Positions 12,001 through 19,909 of a DNA stretch of 60,465 nt are shown here, one piece after another. The position numbers and the translations under genes were made by a program. The stretch spans positions 1 through 60,465 of IMG/VR virus record IMGVR_UViG_3300021964_009736; one strand, written 5' to 3'. Below the pieces are notes generated by a model. That model was not told the origin of the DNA. It did not search any database and saw only the letters and a list, made by a program, of their open reading frames with translations. Position 1 is the stretch's first letter, and the number at the start of each line of letters is the position of its first letter. The DNA is from a virus. Lineage: Duplodnaviria > Caudoviricetes.

Positions 12001-13683
12001 GGAGACGGAAGTACAAATATTTTCTCAACAAGAGTTACATATGACGAAACATATAGCTACATTGCGAGAGTAAATGGTGAACAAGTAAATTATGTGCTTG
12101 CTCCAGACGATAATGGTTTTGCAGCATTTGTATTTGGACAAGCACCAGGTGTCGATACAGTAATCACATTTGGCATTTTCTACAGTGAAAGAAAAGAAGA
12201 TAATAGTGCAACTACATATAGTGAAGTAGTGAGAGATAAGTTAATAGGTGACGGAAGCTCTGTTTCTTATAAATTTAGTGCAACTCCGTTTACAAGGACT
12301 CCTCTAGAACATAACGTTATTGTAATTGTAGACAACCAAATACAAAGAACAGGTTATAACTTTGAAACAACATTAACACAAACCAAAAATTACCAAGTAG
12401 AAACATGGCAAGTTATTCCTGGTACTGTTGACACAGCAAATGTGGATGTTTACTTAAATGGAGTATTACTGAAGCCGGCTGTAGAATATAGATGGAATGT
12501 TGCGCAAAGTGAAGTTATTTTGTTTGCTGGAACAGGAAATATAGGTGATAAGTTAGAAGTCTTTATACTTAACGATGGTGTTTATTCTATAAATGGTGAT
12601 GTAATTACTTTTGACAATCCGCCAGCAGATAATAGTGTAATCGAAATTATTCAGTTTAGTGAACATGATGTGTTAAAAATTGAAAGATTAAGTTATCAAC
12701 TAACTTCAAGAGTACCAAGTTTACAAGAGTCTGTTGCATATTACAAATTAGAACAAGCCATTGGCGGAAAAATTCAATTAAGACAACCTGCACAAAGCGC
12801 AAGGTTTGTTTGGCTTTCAGTTAACGGAAAATTACTTATTCCTAGTAGAGATTATTATGTTACTGATGACAAACTACACATTCAGGTTGTAGGCGGATTG
12901 TCAGAAAACGATTATATAGATATAATACACTTTACTGAACCACCAATTACAGGCAAGTTTGGTTATAGACAATTTAAAGATATGCTAAACAGAACACACT
13001 TTAAACGTTTAGGAGATTCAAATAAGTATTATCTCACCCAACCATTATATCAAAACGACCTTAGAATACATGTTAATGATGCATCTACATTGCCAGAACC
13101 TTCTAAAGGAAGTAATATACCTGGTGTAGTGTTTATAAACGGAGAAAGAATAGAGTATTTTGTTAAAGAAGATAATATGCTTAGACAGTTGCGTAGAGGC
13201 ACTTTAGGAACTGGAATACCAAATGTACATGCTGAAGATAGCGATGTATATGATCAAAGTATTAACCAGACTATTCCTTATAAGGATGAAACACTTACAC
13301 AAGTATTTACAGTTGTAAATAATGAACAAACATTTACACTTGATTGGACGCCACAATCTAATGATGAATTCGAAGTTTTCTTAGCAGGAAAGAGACTTAG
13401 AAAAAATGCTATTGATGCGTATAAATTCCAGTCTTATAATGATGATGGGACTGTGTCTGCTTACTTAGATAGTGATAGTCCAAATGGAGATGTTAGTCTA
13501 GAACCTGAATTTACTATTATAGGAAACACATTAACAGTTAACCAGCCTACAAGTGAAGATCAAAAGGTTATAATTATACGCAAGATTGGTAAGTCTTGGA
13601 CCAAACCTGGAATTTCTTTAAGAAATTCAGATAATGAAATATCAAGATTCTTGCGAGCAGAAGAAGTTGATTTACCTAAATAA
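1..13683 (+). CDS. Giant virion structural protein (baseplate wedge/tail-associated), 5'-truncated, >4560 aa
   Basis: Frame 1 is open from base 1 (PNFKGNKIFSYSTGEG...) into the 340..13683 ORF, so the true start is upstream of the window. Contains FG-GAP-like propeller repeats (FGASIAVNSDNTVMVVGSP, FGTVVEMSPDGIYMAVGSP, FGSNVSINKDGKILTISEP), CBM5/12-like modules (WEQYTDYNIGSLIQYKEFYYVAK...DW), NPGxxY...GGGGTGATA repeats as in T4-like phage baseplate proteins and F/LxGDGS repeats; lies directly upstream of tail-fibre genes. Confidence 0.8.
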   Translation, partial: PNFKGNKIFSYSTGEGSVDIELGFPLNYRSIENVGDITFTFNLLNDTYQYQDDSFVFDINSDICFVKQYNEREEFIYKNGWTKALEKSTQRVIYQTVVDSTVNDFEVIVYDKPLTINDVEINISVNGSVNLDWQLIEQNNTVYIRFDKSLNEGDNLVIKSKSQKPKNKNGYYAIPNSLEKNPLNNNINQFTLGEVNDHVTSIIEELENFEGTNPGINNLRDLGNISKYGQKFVQHTDLSPLSMYLLTNKQFNIIDAIDFAGQEYEKFKRQFIQFSETLGFDGEPRQHVDTILNEMFKTKRKSDPFYFSDMVPFGGAKEIQHIVYNPNEKFYAMSEIYSNDSLTQKAVLVYLNNTQLLYSKEYVFNDQGFVEVLVELNNDDIITIYEYENTDGNYIPPTPSKLGIFPKFIPELYIDNSYLDPQTVIKGHDGSKLVAYGDYRDALILELEKRIYNNIKQDYNKDIFDIFDYLPSEYRKTDYTLADIDSPLISDFISWLTLVASNDYLLSTDYTTSKYYEKGRSFTYNYGFMSSPTGKPLPGWWRRVYEFAFDTPTPHLTPWEMLGYKIQPKWWTQVYGPAPYTKENLILWEDLQNGIHRIPGQVPTVDIKFKRPNLLNNIPVDSVGQLLSPLDSSFAKEYVESLARNPFKFGDAAPAENAWRNSSAYNFAFLKTIIINNPMGTIAKLFDVSRMQRDNAGNLIYTPTQKRIKLKDIVFPNTANDDDRVTTSGLINYITNYVISSQDKVYDKLKLNIRSLNINIGSKLAGFSNKAKFKLILDSRTPYNQGNVFIPDENYNLFVNTSKPIDLISYSGILIEKQPEGFIISGYDNDNPVFVSNQYIQQNSDRLINVGGITEPYRDFVVSERYTEGDVVRNQGKFYIAKSTFTANSFDKEKWQILPSLPTKGGVEAIARSKFDSNIQNIVPYGTLFENIQDVVDFILGYSDYLKNQGFVFDYFNKDKNLIENWISSVKEFMFWTTENWAAGSVITISPSANQLKLKTEYSVVDDIFDIYSGNTIYSQDGRQIKQSNLSIDRSEANTFVIKSRDDNIGIYHINLPIVQTEHVLVLDNQTVFRDVIYDQEPGYRQERIRVLGYKSDDWSGSLNIPGFIYDPAQTVEWEQYTDYNIGSLIQYKEFYYVAKTEVTGKELFDQSDWQRLTEKPEPTLYTNFDYRINQFADFYDLDSDNFDAAQQKLAQHLIGYQKRQYLQNIVNDDVSQFKFYQGMIQEKGSANSLTKLFDALASANKDSLEFFEEWAIRTGQYGASRGFEEVEFVLNEKDIRLSPQPVELVNTRQVGTTDLVIRQLPADVYLKPEEYNHTPFPTDTYKNITEYVPTAGYVRPQDVTFSVLDKDEIVGLDITQIESNEYLWIGIGDPTWSVEKHVQAGIQIIAIESSIVEGGTVDLILDAPISNVVFKNDIIGINDIDENTNGFYKVTDAVLNRITINDPAIGTLQQANGYLSLFRNNRLPDLNHANLQAEKNIDDGEILWVDDDNQENWTVIQNNQQYNLLQRLQNPNLLDDSSQPFDEFGASIAVNSDNTVMVVGSPKLENGVVQVFTRATNQNNMVFKQTLGPPGSVKGLGYDGSTLINTDEKFGTVVEMSPDGIYMAVGSPYATNISSEYRGNFDDSVPYSANEIVKFQESYWKARFDIQAGATGGAPYLTNTSFAQFAEEVDSTQINLLNLGNYRMGDTIVDHMLVRAPTQMFNASSIGDTVVLKWNEYTGANTGSYTLQSRVPFNGLFNEISTSFLTGSHTILRKVDHVFYVDSAINIPIIGETVSTTDASSKVVYVATDNARCIIYTEGTNGQFASSGELLVNGTTVVGDYLEDFQNVSDKFSGYWMIGTAQYNNSPGDSSDIYYDAGNGLVYQDLIPASENRAPYEYYNVADNIVDIGPVGNILDDDKDRISNFGNLSYQSALPHTSVPLGIFESNLWFFKAPTGFTDKYNVGADFYFYALPESLYNNNDPESVPPYATNITDDISYLNKRHEIYDIWDGYIEIEVSGNQNPRPNGTPYHLIDRLNLDGQNNPIYDFALPGSNLDPVQFWIRGSQGGVGRVVWYQSDGNRARIYLKDIRGDWTAGNIGSQATIERFRPGLDVTRPEHNFFPSKVDLSSSGGARIAGDIGPGGGVSDYDSEPTGGLNFDPVALVDGDDNAETRVYGSITKVAVGNRNNDVGKIVVSRRTDEDLSTISTWPVVKPATGLDVTVQELKDIEYWVYIAQDRIGAIKVPQYPTSSNLSWEQVYNLKANQTGQLSGLTNQGIVHIYRRNRSGTYSHLYSFISEKLENNIYFGSKIKIIQYDDTYYMFVSAKGTGNAGISQSGTGFIQMYKFGTYTSQGQEISEFIVDQDPLFRGVWSSITNYNDNEIVLFREESGTYIEQGYVEDGYISSIVNEGGYVNRGYVAEGYSVYVEDFFNQLYEARTNLAPAPVFNPDDWAVITGIKEYNSILPNRIGQYINDKVFYDELNYLVEYARDFDVNENGHVLVVSSVLSGTNNSPKSAVLVYRLNRGHYELSQTIFAPNSNLVDFGSNVSINKDGKILTISEPFNDEDALDQGKVYVYTQQHVNGQAQFVQSQVLKGAVNEAAEMFGYRTQFSENQLAVTSRLGNIKQVTTFDSKQTTFDNLFTTFQNTSFNTGAVSLYENINDTLVYAGQFNYDSDEETLSKILFFGENMKLSDNHLYVGLPTITTDAYEGLVIDFSKPKDSNTWSILRQPVDRVNLEKIKGAYLYDTKSNQLLANLDYIDPVQGKVAGIAEQELSYKTYYDPALYNISNNTDVVIDTSDIWDERYVGQLWWDLSTVRFISTYQGDITFQTNNFNSLFPGTDIDIYEWIESEYIPSVRDELALTIEGEIEGITGQSKYGDSSYVQAQKFDKRSRTFVNRYYYWVKAPTTVPNVEFRSLSAFNVQNLIKDPVGQGYKFVALLANNRFALANCQDLITTDTCSVNIQYYTIENKNQNIHNQYQLITDGLSSSTPNNTLFAKWTDSLVGYDKFFRPVPDPDISPKIRYGIENKPRQSMFVNRFEALKQVVERSNEVFANNIMVDDFDLSPLFDRDAEPAPSERRYDAIVDTDVELDFVGVANVKQAILTPVIENGKIIDVIITDPGRGYIDITYDQTSGNPRQGPSYTITGTGTGAVIEITLDNLGKINLVQVINSGERYEADTVITVRPFSVLVRADSFVNGRWAIYTRAEGLWNRVKTQDYDVTNYWQYIDYYADGYNKFTEIDYTINQSYQLNGLNDSIGDVVKVESVGGGSWLLLEKIAEENNVDYTINYKTIGKGNGTIKLLPTLYDISQSVAGFDTVSYDTQFFDNQPVIETRVILETIKNNLFVDNLAIEFNQLFFATVRYVLSEQNFVDWIFKTSFVRAKHNVGELSQRKTFKNDSLPSYQDYIDEVKPYKSKIREYISSYEKQETTESVVTDFDLFPEYDSSTRKILPESIRISGNEITGASRSTTLYPKRHWVENFKYEVSKVNVKNPGSNYVLPPKITLVGGGGTGATARALLSGGKVSAIIVVNPGRGYTSAPEVIIEGSIKEDGSPATAFAELKNTKVRGTHVTVKFDRLKGQYEVLDANEIETFVGTGSKLIYDVKWPFDLTPSKIKVLVNNVPALSSEYTYENLPVTNAPYEKYHGRIVFVKPPEDRAVVEIKYQRSNELLDATDRINQYYNPTSGMLGKELGQLMTGIDYGGVEVKSFDFGTGTGWDSDSWYTKTWDTYDTTYEDEVFQLDPSTVILDLTKPLEDGVIYNVYRKTANDLQPVRIDDPGWFTSTGVSSSSVYTIDSEDALIANTNIPISRTQAGNPLANPNALMPSLVGDGIQDTFDLTQYNIPVEDNDVIIIRKSTSDGSFIPDPESYDTQITGGNLAYNTAKGINADEINIDGDGFVTPTTSKGPEELVPGQVLDTLDIQVYDRVADGGCAIDNRNYIVDGNTNVFEFDTIPNTTDAVFVKVENSILPPDEYDINFANKTITLLVTPAAGSRVNIIVMGVNGEQILDIDTFSGDGSTNIFSTRVTYDETYSYIARVNGEQVNYVLAPDDNGFAAFVFGQAPGVDTVITFGIFYSERKEDNSATTYSEVVRDKLIGDGSSVSYKFSATPFTRTPLEHNVIVIVDNQIQRTGYNFETTLTQTKNYQVETWQVIPGTVDTANVDVYLNGVLLKPAVEYRWNVAQSEVILFAGTGNIGDKLEVFILNDGVYSINGDVITFDNPPADNSVIEIIQFSEHDVLKIERLSYQLTSRVPSLQESVAYYKLEQAIGGKIQLRQPAQSARFVWLSVNGKLLIPSRDYYVTDDKLHIQVVGGLSENDYIDIIHFTEPPITGKFGYRQFKDMLNRTHFKRLGDSNKYYLTQPLYQNDLRIHVNDASTLPEPSKGSNIPGVVFINGERIEYFVKEDNMLRQLRRGTLGTGIPNVHAEDSDVYDQSINQTIPYKDETLTQVFTVVNNEQTFTLDWTPQSNDEFEVFLAGKRLRKNAIDAYKFQSYNDDGTVSAYLDSDSPNGDVSLEPEFTIIGNTLTVNQPTSEDQKVIIIRKIGKSWTKPGISLRNSDNEISRFLRAEEVDLPK

Positions 13684-13686
13684 ATA
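13681..13686 (+). promoter_or_regulatory. Putative late promoter core (TAAATA)
   Basis: TAAATA overlapping the stop codon, 22 nt before the next ATG; resembles the T4 late promoter TATAAATA and recurs upstream of other genes in this window. Confidence 0.45.
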
Positions 13687-13708
13687 CACTTAGTTAAAGA
13701 GAGAAAAC

Positions 13709-14320
13709 ATGGATCAGATAAAAGATTTAAACGGCATGCTAATTGAAGGACATATTAAAATACATGATCCTAATTCTGGCAAAGTCTTTATAGATAAACG
13801 GAATGCAATTCATTATGAAAATATGAGTATTGCAATGGCTGAAAGTTTAGCTAATGCAGGTCAAGGATTTATATATGAAATGAGTTTTGGAAATGGTGGC
13901 ACAAATGTTGACCCGACAGGAATTATTACATATTTGACACCTAATTCAACAGGAACAAATGCAAGCCTATATAATGAAACGTTTGTCAAAGTAGTAGATG
14001 ATAGAAGCGTAAATAACACTGATCCTGTACGCAACAAAATTGAAACTAGACATGTAAACGGTACAAATTATACTGATATATTTGTAACATGTTTGCTAGA
14101 TTATGGCGAACCAACTGGACAAGATGCATTTGACACAGCAACTAATCCCGATAGCTTATATGTATTTGATGAACTAGGTTTGCGTAGTTATGATCCTACA
14201 GGACAAGGAAGATTAATTACCCATGTTATATTCCATCCTGTACAAAAAAGTTTGAATAGATTAATACAGATTGATTATACAGTCCGTGTACAAAGTTTAA
14301 CCGGGTTCAATGAGGTGTAA
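13709..14320 (+). CDS. Putative virion/baseplate structural protein (203 aa)
   Basis: Long ORF with GAGAG RBS-like element, between the giant structural gene and the tail fibres; C-terminal FDELGL...LITHVIFHPVQKSLNRLIQIDYTVR pattern resembles tail-fibre attachment/baseplate proteins. Confidence 0.6.
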   Translation: MDQIKDLNGMLIEGHIKIHDPNSGKVFIDKRNAIHYENMSIAMAESLANAGQGFIYEMSFGNGGTNVDPTGIITYLTPNSTGTNASLYNETFVKVVDDRSVNNTDPVRNKIETRHVNGTNYTDIFVTCLLDYGEPTGQDAFDTATNPDSLYVFDELGLRSYDPTGQGRLITHVIFHPVQKSLNRLIQIDYTVRVQSLTGFNEV

Positions 14321-14323
14321 TAG

Positions 14324-16462
14324 ATGGCATATACAATAAGATACACCGATGAAGCAAATAAAGGAACAATAATTGTAGAAGATAGTACAATTAATGATTC
14401 GGATACAAGTTTACAATTACCTGGACGCAACACAACAGCATACGGTACTGTAATTGCAGAAAATTTCTTGCATCTATTAGAAAACTTTGCAAGCACTAGT
14501 GCTCCTGATAATCCTACAGAAGGACAACTTTGGTATGATGTATCTCCAGGTGAAAATAAACAATTAAGAATATATGACGGAACAAATTGGGTGTCTGCAG
14601 GTAATTTGAAAAAAGGACCTACTGCTCCTAGTGTTTCTCAAAGTATAATTGGAGACTTATGGTCTGATACAAACAACCAGCAATTATATATGTTTACTGG
14701 TGGTGCTTGGATTCTAGTTGGTCCGAAATTTTCAGATGGTTTAGAAACAGGTGCTGAAGCAGAGATCCTTACAGGTACAGACGATGTAGATTATGTTTGC
14801 CTAGTAGTAAGAGTAAATGCAGAAGCAGTAAGTATAATTTCCAATAGTGAATTTACACCAAAGGCTACCATTCCAGGATTTACATTGGTCAAACCAGGAA
14901 TAAACCTTTCCACTAGAGATGTGAATGGAGATGGTGCGCCTAAGTTCTTAGGTACAAGTGAAAAAGCCGAAAACTTAATTGTAGGAGCTGAAACAGTTGC
15001 TGGAGGAAATTTCTTAAGAGGCGATGCAACAAGCACTTCTAACTTTCCTATAAGAATAAAAAATAATGCAGGATTAACAGTAGGTTCAGGAAGTCAGTTT
15101 AAGGTAGGTGTTGAAGGTGATAAAGGAATACTAGATCATGCTGTGAATGGTAGCAGTATGAACATACGAATGAATAATGCAGGTACTACTCAAACTGCAA
15201 TGACTGTGTTAAGTAACACTAACATAGGAATCGGTAAAGAAAATCCTGCGGTAAAACTAGATGTAAATGGCGATACTAATGTTACTGGATTGTTCCAGGT
15301 ATTAGATAATACACAATCGATAAGTATTTCTACAGGGTCAGGTACATTTAAGGGCGGTGTCGGAATCGCTAGAGACTTATATGTAGGTGGCGATAGTTAT
15401 ATTGAACAAAATCTACAAACAAATGCAATATTGCCTAGTTTAAATAATACACACGACATTGGAACTCCAACCCGAAAATATGAAAATATATATGCAACAA
15501 CGTTTGTAGGTAACTTGCAGGGCACAGTTAGTGGTTCTATTAGCGGCAGAGCTGGTAGTGCTGATAAACTAACAACAATAAACACATTTAACATAACAGG
15601 CGATGTTGGGTTGACTACAGATCCGGTGCAATTTGATGGATCAGCACAAACAGGCACACAAAAAGTTTTCAACACAGTAATAAATCAAGAATTTGTTAGA
15701 ACAAAAGGCCCTGTACAAAATTTAAATTTCTCAGACGAAGTATTGATTAGTAGAACAACTACGTCAGCTGGTATACAAACTACAGGATTAAAAAGGGTTA
15801 CAGTACAAAACTTGTTCAACACTATTCCAAAAACTCCAGTAGGTGCTATAATGATGTATTCTGTACTTAATACCTCTGGCGAAATAGTAGATGATAGTGG
15901 CGGCAAATGGCTAATATGTGATGGAAGAGAAGTACTGCAAACAGATTATCCAGAGCTTTTCCTAAAAATAAATTTTGACTTTAAAGATAAAGCTGATATC
16001 GAAGGTCCAAGTGGAAGCGATAATGGTAGATTATATTTTGCTTTACCAGATCTCAGAGCAAGATTTCCACTAGGTTTAGCAAATATGCAAGTTACTAGTG
16101 CGCTTACAGACACTGTAGATCCTGCAAATGATTCTACTAGAGTGGATAATACCGGCAACAAGGATATAGGTGAAACTGGAGGTTCACCTAATAAGACACT
16201 TCAATATACAAATCTACCCGAACACGAACACTATTTACGATCAGAAGGTGGCGACAACTTCTATGCTATTGCACCTAATGCACCTGCAGGCGGTTCTGAT
16301 ACATACAACATTTCTTCTCCGACTGGCGGAAACAATTATAAAGGAATTGTTGAAACAGGAAACATAGTTACACCAAGCGGAGTAACTGTAGGAGATCCAT
16401 TCGATGTTGTCAATCCATTTATGATACTAAACTTTATTATATACGCAGGAGGAAGTAATTAA
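14324..16462 (+). CDS. Tail fibre protein with C-terminal tail-collar domain (712 aa)
   Basis: N-terminus shared with the next two ORFs (MAY...GRN...YG...ENFLHLLENF...GQLW); collar motif TPVGAIMMY...WLICDGREV...YPELF...FALPDLRARFPLG and terminal PFMILNFII; G/T/S-rich. Confidence 0.85.
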   Translation: MAYTIRYTDEANKGTIIVEDSTINDSDTSLQLPGRNTTAYGTVIAENFLHLLENFASTSAPDNPTEGQLWYDVSPGENKQLRIYDGTNWVSAGNLKKGPTAPSVSQSIIGDLWSDTNNQQLYMFTGGAWILVGPKFSDGLETGAEAEILTGTDDVDYVCLVVRVNAEAVSIISNSEFTPKATIPGFTLVKPGINLSTRDVNGDGAPKFLGTSEKAENLIVGAETVAGGNFLRGDATSTSNFPIRIKNNAGLTVGSGSQFKVGVEGDKGILDHAVNGSSMNIRMNNAGTTQTAMTVLSNTNIGIGKENPAVKLDVNGDTNVTGLFQVLDNTQSISISTGSGTFKGGVGIARDLYVGGDSYIEQNLQTNAILPSLNNTHDIGTPTRKYENIYATTFVGNLQGTVSGSISGRAGSADKLTTINTFNITGDVGLTTDPVQFDGSAQTGTQKVFNTVINQEFVRTKGPVQNLNFSDEVLISRTTTSAGIQTTGLKRVTVQNLFNTIPKTPVGAIMMYSVLNTSGEIVDDSGGKWLICDGREVLQTDYPELFLKINFDFKDKADIEGPSGSDNGRLYFALPDLRARFPLGLANMQVTSALTDTVDPANDSTRVDNTGNKDIGETGGSPNKTLQYTNLPEHEHYLRSEGGDNFYAIAPNAPAGGSDTYNISSPTGGNNYKGIVETGNIVTPSGVTVGDPFDVVNPFMILNFIIYAGGSN

Positions 16463-18345
16463 TGGCATACCAACTTAACAGAACTGATGGAACGCTGTTA
16501 GTAGATCTTGTAGATGGAACTATTGATGTAGATTCAACTGACCTTACTCTTGTAGGTAGAAATTATTCTGGATTTGGCGAATTTATAAATGAAAACTTTA
16601 TCAAGTTATTAGAAAACTTTTCAGGCAGTAGTAATCCTAACTTTCCTTTACGCGGACAATTATGGCATGATACTAATGAAGGCAGATTAAAAATATTTGA
16701 TGGTGAACAATGGATCCCAGCTGCCGCACCGTTTGTTCAAAATACTCGTCCTAATAATTTAAATTTAGGAGATTTTTGGATCGATGATTACAGAAATCAG
16801 CTTTATTTCTATGACGGAAGTGACTTAACTTTAGCAGGACCGATATATAGCACAGTGCAAGGAAAAAGCGGGTTTGAAGTACAAAGTATTAAAGATAACA
16901 CAGGTAGATCAAAAACTGTGGTATTACTTTATGTTGCAGGAACTATAACAGCCGTTATTGTTAATGAACAATTTGATTTACCACAAGGTGTAAACGTAGG
17001 TGGATTAACAGGAACACTAAGAAAAGGAATCAATATTGTAGAAGGTGAAGACTTTCAACTTTACGGTTCAGTAGAAAATGCTAGAAATTTGTTGAATGCA
17101 CAAGGCGAACAATTAAATCCTACGCAATTTTTGCCGGCAGATAGAAATGGTGTTACTACAGGATCTTTAGGAATACAAAATAATGATGGTTTACTGCTTG
17201 GTATTGCAGACAATCTTGAACTTAGTGTTAAGAAGGACCAAGTTGTTGACCAAGTTCAAATAAAGGCAAAAATTGCAAATCAAGATTTATTAATCGGTGC
17301 AACAGATGCAGCCGGCGAATATACTGCAATGTTTTGGAACGCACAAAATAGATATTTAGGCGTAGGTACAGCTAGTCCTAATTCTACAGTTGATGTAGCA
17401 GGTGATGTTACAATAAGAGGAGACCTTCTTGTACAAGGGCAGAATACATATCTTAATGTAACAACTCTTAGATCACAAGATTTAAATCTTGAACTAGGAT
17501 TACTTGACGATAGTACAGAAGGCGACGATGTAGCAGTAGACGGTGGCGGTATAATTGTAAGATCGTCACAAGGAAGCAAAGACTGGACTTGGGAAAATTC
17601 AACCAAAAGCTGGACATCAAATCAACATGTTAATTTAACAGGAACTAGTAGCCTTAAATTTAATGGTGTAGAAGTATTAACAGGCACCGAACTTAAAGGT
17701 GTTACAGTTGCAAATAATTTGAATACAATTGGTACTTTAAACGATCTCACTATTGATAATATAGAGTTAGACGGACAGCGTATTACTACTGGTGCTACAT
17801 ATAATTTACAAATTGATAGCCAAGGCGGAGCAGTTACATTAATCACTCCACAAAAAATATCAAATGTAAGTGATCCTACAACAGCACAAGATGTTGCTAC
17901 AAAAAATTATGTAGATACTGAGATTATCAGTAGAGACATGTACCTATCTTTGGATATAACAGGTTTAACGACTTTACAAGTTGCTGATGTTCTTCGTGAC
18001 ATTGCGCCTATATTTGATCCTAATTCTGGCATAAGAAGAATAGCAGACGGTGTGTTAATGCGTATACATGCAGTTTCGCAAGCCGGCGCAACAGTAACCG
18101 GAATAACATTCCAGAGTGCAAATCCTGCAGATCCAGGATACGTTGACAAAACATTTGCTCAAGTAGCAGCCCATCCAAACTACTTAGCTAGTGAATCAGT
18201 AGTACAAGATGTTAATATCAGTGATGCTGAAGGTAGTATTCAATCCACTGTAACAAGATCTACGTTATTCTTTGAAGTAACACCGGGCGGAGGAACTTCA
18301 GATTGGGTGCAAAGTACTACACCACAGCCGCCAACTAACTTTTGA
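16462..18345 (+). CDS. Tail fibre protein, paralogue 2 (627 aa)
   Basis: Same N-terminal module (MAYQLNRTDG...GRNYSGFGE...ENFIKLLENF...GQLW); LGVGTASPNSTVDVAG and DPTTAQDVATKNYVD fibre motifs; TAATG coupling to the previous gene. Confidence 0.8.
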   Translation: MAYQLNRTDGTLLVDLVDGTIDVDSTDLTLVGRNYSGFGEFINENFIKLLENFSGSSNPNFPLRGQLWHDTNEGRLKIFDGEQWIPAAAPFVQNTRPNNLNLGDFWIDDYRNQLYFYDGSDLTLAGPIYSTVQGKSGFEVQSIKDNTGRSKTVVLLYVAGTITAVIVNEQFDLPQGVNVGGLTGTLRKGINIVEGEDFQLYGSVENARNLLNAQGEQLNPTQFLPADRNGVTTGSLGIQNNDGLLLGIADNLELSVKKDQVVDQVQIKAKIANQDLLIGATDAAGEYTAMFWNAQNRYLGVGTASPNSTVDVAGDVTIRGDLLVQGQNTYLNVTTLRSQDLNLELGLLDDSTEGDDVAVDGGGIIVRSSQGSKDWTWENSTKSWTSNQHVNLTGTSSLKFNGVEVLTGTELKGVTVANNLNTIGTLNDLTIDNIELDGQRITTGATYNLQIDSQGGAVTLITPQKISNVSDPTTAQDVATKNYVDTEIISRDMYLSLDITGLTTLQVADVLRDIAPIFDPNSGIRRIADGVLMRIHAVSQAGATVTGITFQSANPADPGYVDKTFAQVAAHPNYLASESVVQDVNISDAEGSIQSTVTRSTLFFEVTPGGGTSDWVQSTTPQPPTNF

Positions 18346-18351
18346 TAAATA
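18346..18351 (+). promoter_or_regulatory. Putative late promoter core (GATAAATA)
   Basis: TAAATA in the short intergenic gap, followed by the AAGGGG RBS and ATG at 18377. Confidence 0.45.
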
Positions 18352-18376
18352 AGTACATACAAGGGGTTATTACACA

Positions 18377-19897
18377 ATGGCATACCAAATAGATAGATAT
18401 AATAACAGTTTACTCACTGTAGTTGAAGATGGTACTATTGACCAATCGACAGATTTAAAGTTTATAGGAAAAAATTACGCCGGTTATGGCGAGATACAAA
18501 ATGAAAACTTTTTGTTTTTGTTAGAAAACTTTGCAGGAGCAAAGCAACCACCGAGAGCCATTGCTGGACAGATTTGGTATGACAGTGCAAGTTCAAAAGT
18601 AAAGTTCTACGATGGTACACAATTTAGAGTTGCAGGTAGTTCTACAGTATCAAATGCGGCCCCTGCAGGCTTGTCAACTGGTGATTTTTGGTGGGATTCT
18701 ACTAACCAACAGTTGTATGCCTTTAATGGATCAACTTATGTATTAGTCGGACCGCAAGGAACTGGTGACGGTACTACACAACTTGTAAGTACAACAGTTC
18801 GTGATGATGTAGGTAATCAAAAGTCAATTATACAAGCAGTTGTTGACGATGAAGTGATATATGTAATTTCTGCACAAACATTCTACTTAGATCAAACTTT
18901 ATCTCCTATTCCAGGTTTTGATTATATCAGAGCAGGCTTAACTTTAAAGGATACTTCAAATACAGGAATTACTTCAAGTAATACAAGATTTTTTGGAACT
19001 TCATCTGATTCAGACAGACTAGGCGGTTTATTAGCAGCTGATTACATACAGTCAGCTAATCCTACATTCACTAATCAAGTTAAATTTTCAGATTCTGGTA
19101 TTTCAATTGGTGACTCAAACGATCTAAAGATCTATTTGGATATTAATGAGACTGGAGTAATTAAGAATGAAACAGGGGAAAGCATAGAATTCTATATCAA
19201 AGACAACTTGGGTGTAGTACAATTTCCTCTAAGAATGACATATGAATCATTATTACCAGGAATTACTTACTCAGCACCAAACACAGGTGTTGATATTGGA
19301 TCACCTATTAGAACATTTAGAACAATTTATACAAATTTTGTAGAAGGTGCAGCAAGACGTGCAAATACACTCCAATATGACGGTGTTGATGTTGGAGCAA
19401 ATTCGGGAAACTATGCTCAGGCATCTATAAACAATACTTTACAAGATGGAAATGGTAACAACATTGCTTCAGTAGCAGTGAGACAAGCCAACGGAACGCT
19501 AAATGCTGTAAGGTTCCAGGGTATTTCGACACTTGCTGAGTATGCTGACTTAGCTGAAAAATATACAACAGACAAAGAAGCTCCAATAGGAACTGTAATG
19601 TGTGTAAGTATATCCGAAGATCACGAAACTGAACCATGTGATTCTGATAATTATCCTATAGGTATTGTAAGTGAAAACCCAGCATACTTAATGAACTCTG
19701 CAGCCGACGGACAAGCCTTAGCATTGAAAGGTAGAGTTCCAGTCAGAACTATAGGTCCTGTGAAAAAAGGTGATAAATTATATGTAGTAGAAGATGGCGT
19801 TGTATCTTCTAGTGAACATGGTGAAATGATAGGTATTGCATTAGAATCAAGTTCAGAAATTGACGAAAAATTAGTAGAATGTATTATTACATTATAA
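18377..19897 (+). CDS. Tail fibre protein, paralogue 3, with C-terminal peptidase-G2/intramolecular-chaperone-like domain (506 aa)
   Basis: Same N-terminal module; C-terminal YADLAEKY...GTV...IGIVSENPAYLMN...ALKGRVPV...VKKGD motif typical of fibre C-terminal chaperone domains. Confidence 0.75.
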   Translation: MAYQIDRYNNSLLTVVEDGTIDQSTDLKFIGKNYAGYGEIQNENFLFLLENFAGAKQPPRAIAGQIWYDSASSKVKFYDGTQFRVAGSSTVSNAAPAGLSTGDFWWDSTNQQLYAFNGSTYVLVGPQGTGDGTTQLVSTTVRDDVGNQKSIIQAVVDDEVIYVISAQTFYLDQTLSPIPGFDYIRAGLTLKDTSNTGITSSNTRFFGTSSDSDRLGGLLAADYIQSANPTFTNQVKFSDSGISIGDSNDLKIYLDINETGVIKNETGESIEFYIKDNLGVVQFPLRMTYESLLPGITYSAPNTGVDIGSPIRTFRTIYTNFVEGAARRANTLQYDGVDVGANSGNYAQASINNTLQDGNGNNIASVAVRQANGTLNAVRFQGISTLAEYADLAEKYTTDKEAPIGTVMCVSISEDHETEPCDSDNYPIGIVSENPAYLMNSAADGQALALKGRVPVRTIGPVKKGDKLYVVEDGVVSSSEHGEMIGIALESSSEIDEKLVECIITL

Positions 19898-19909
19898 GGA
19901 AAATTTATT

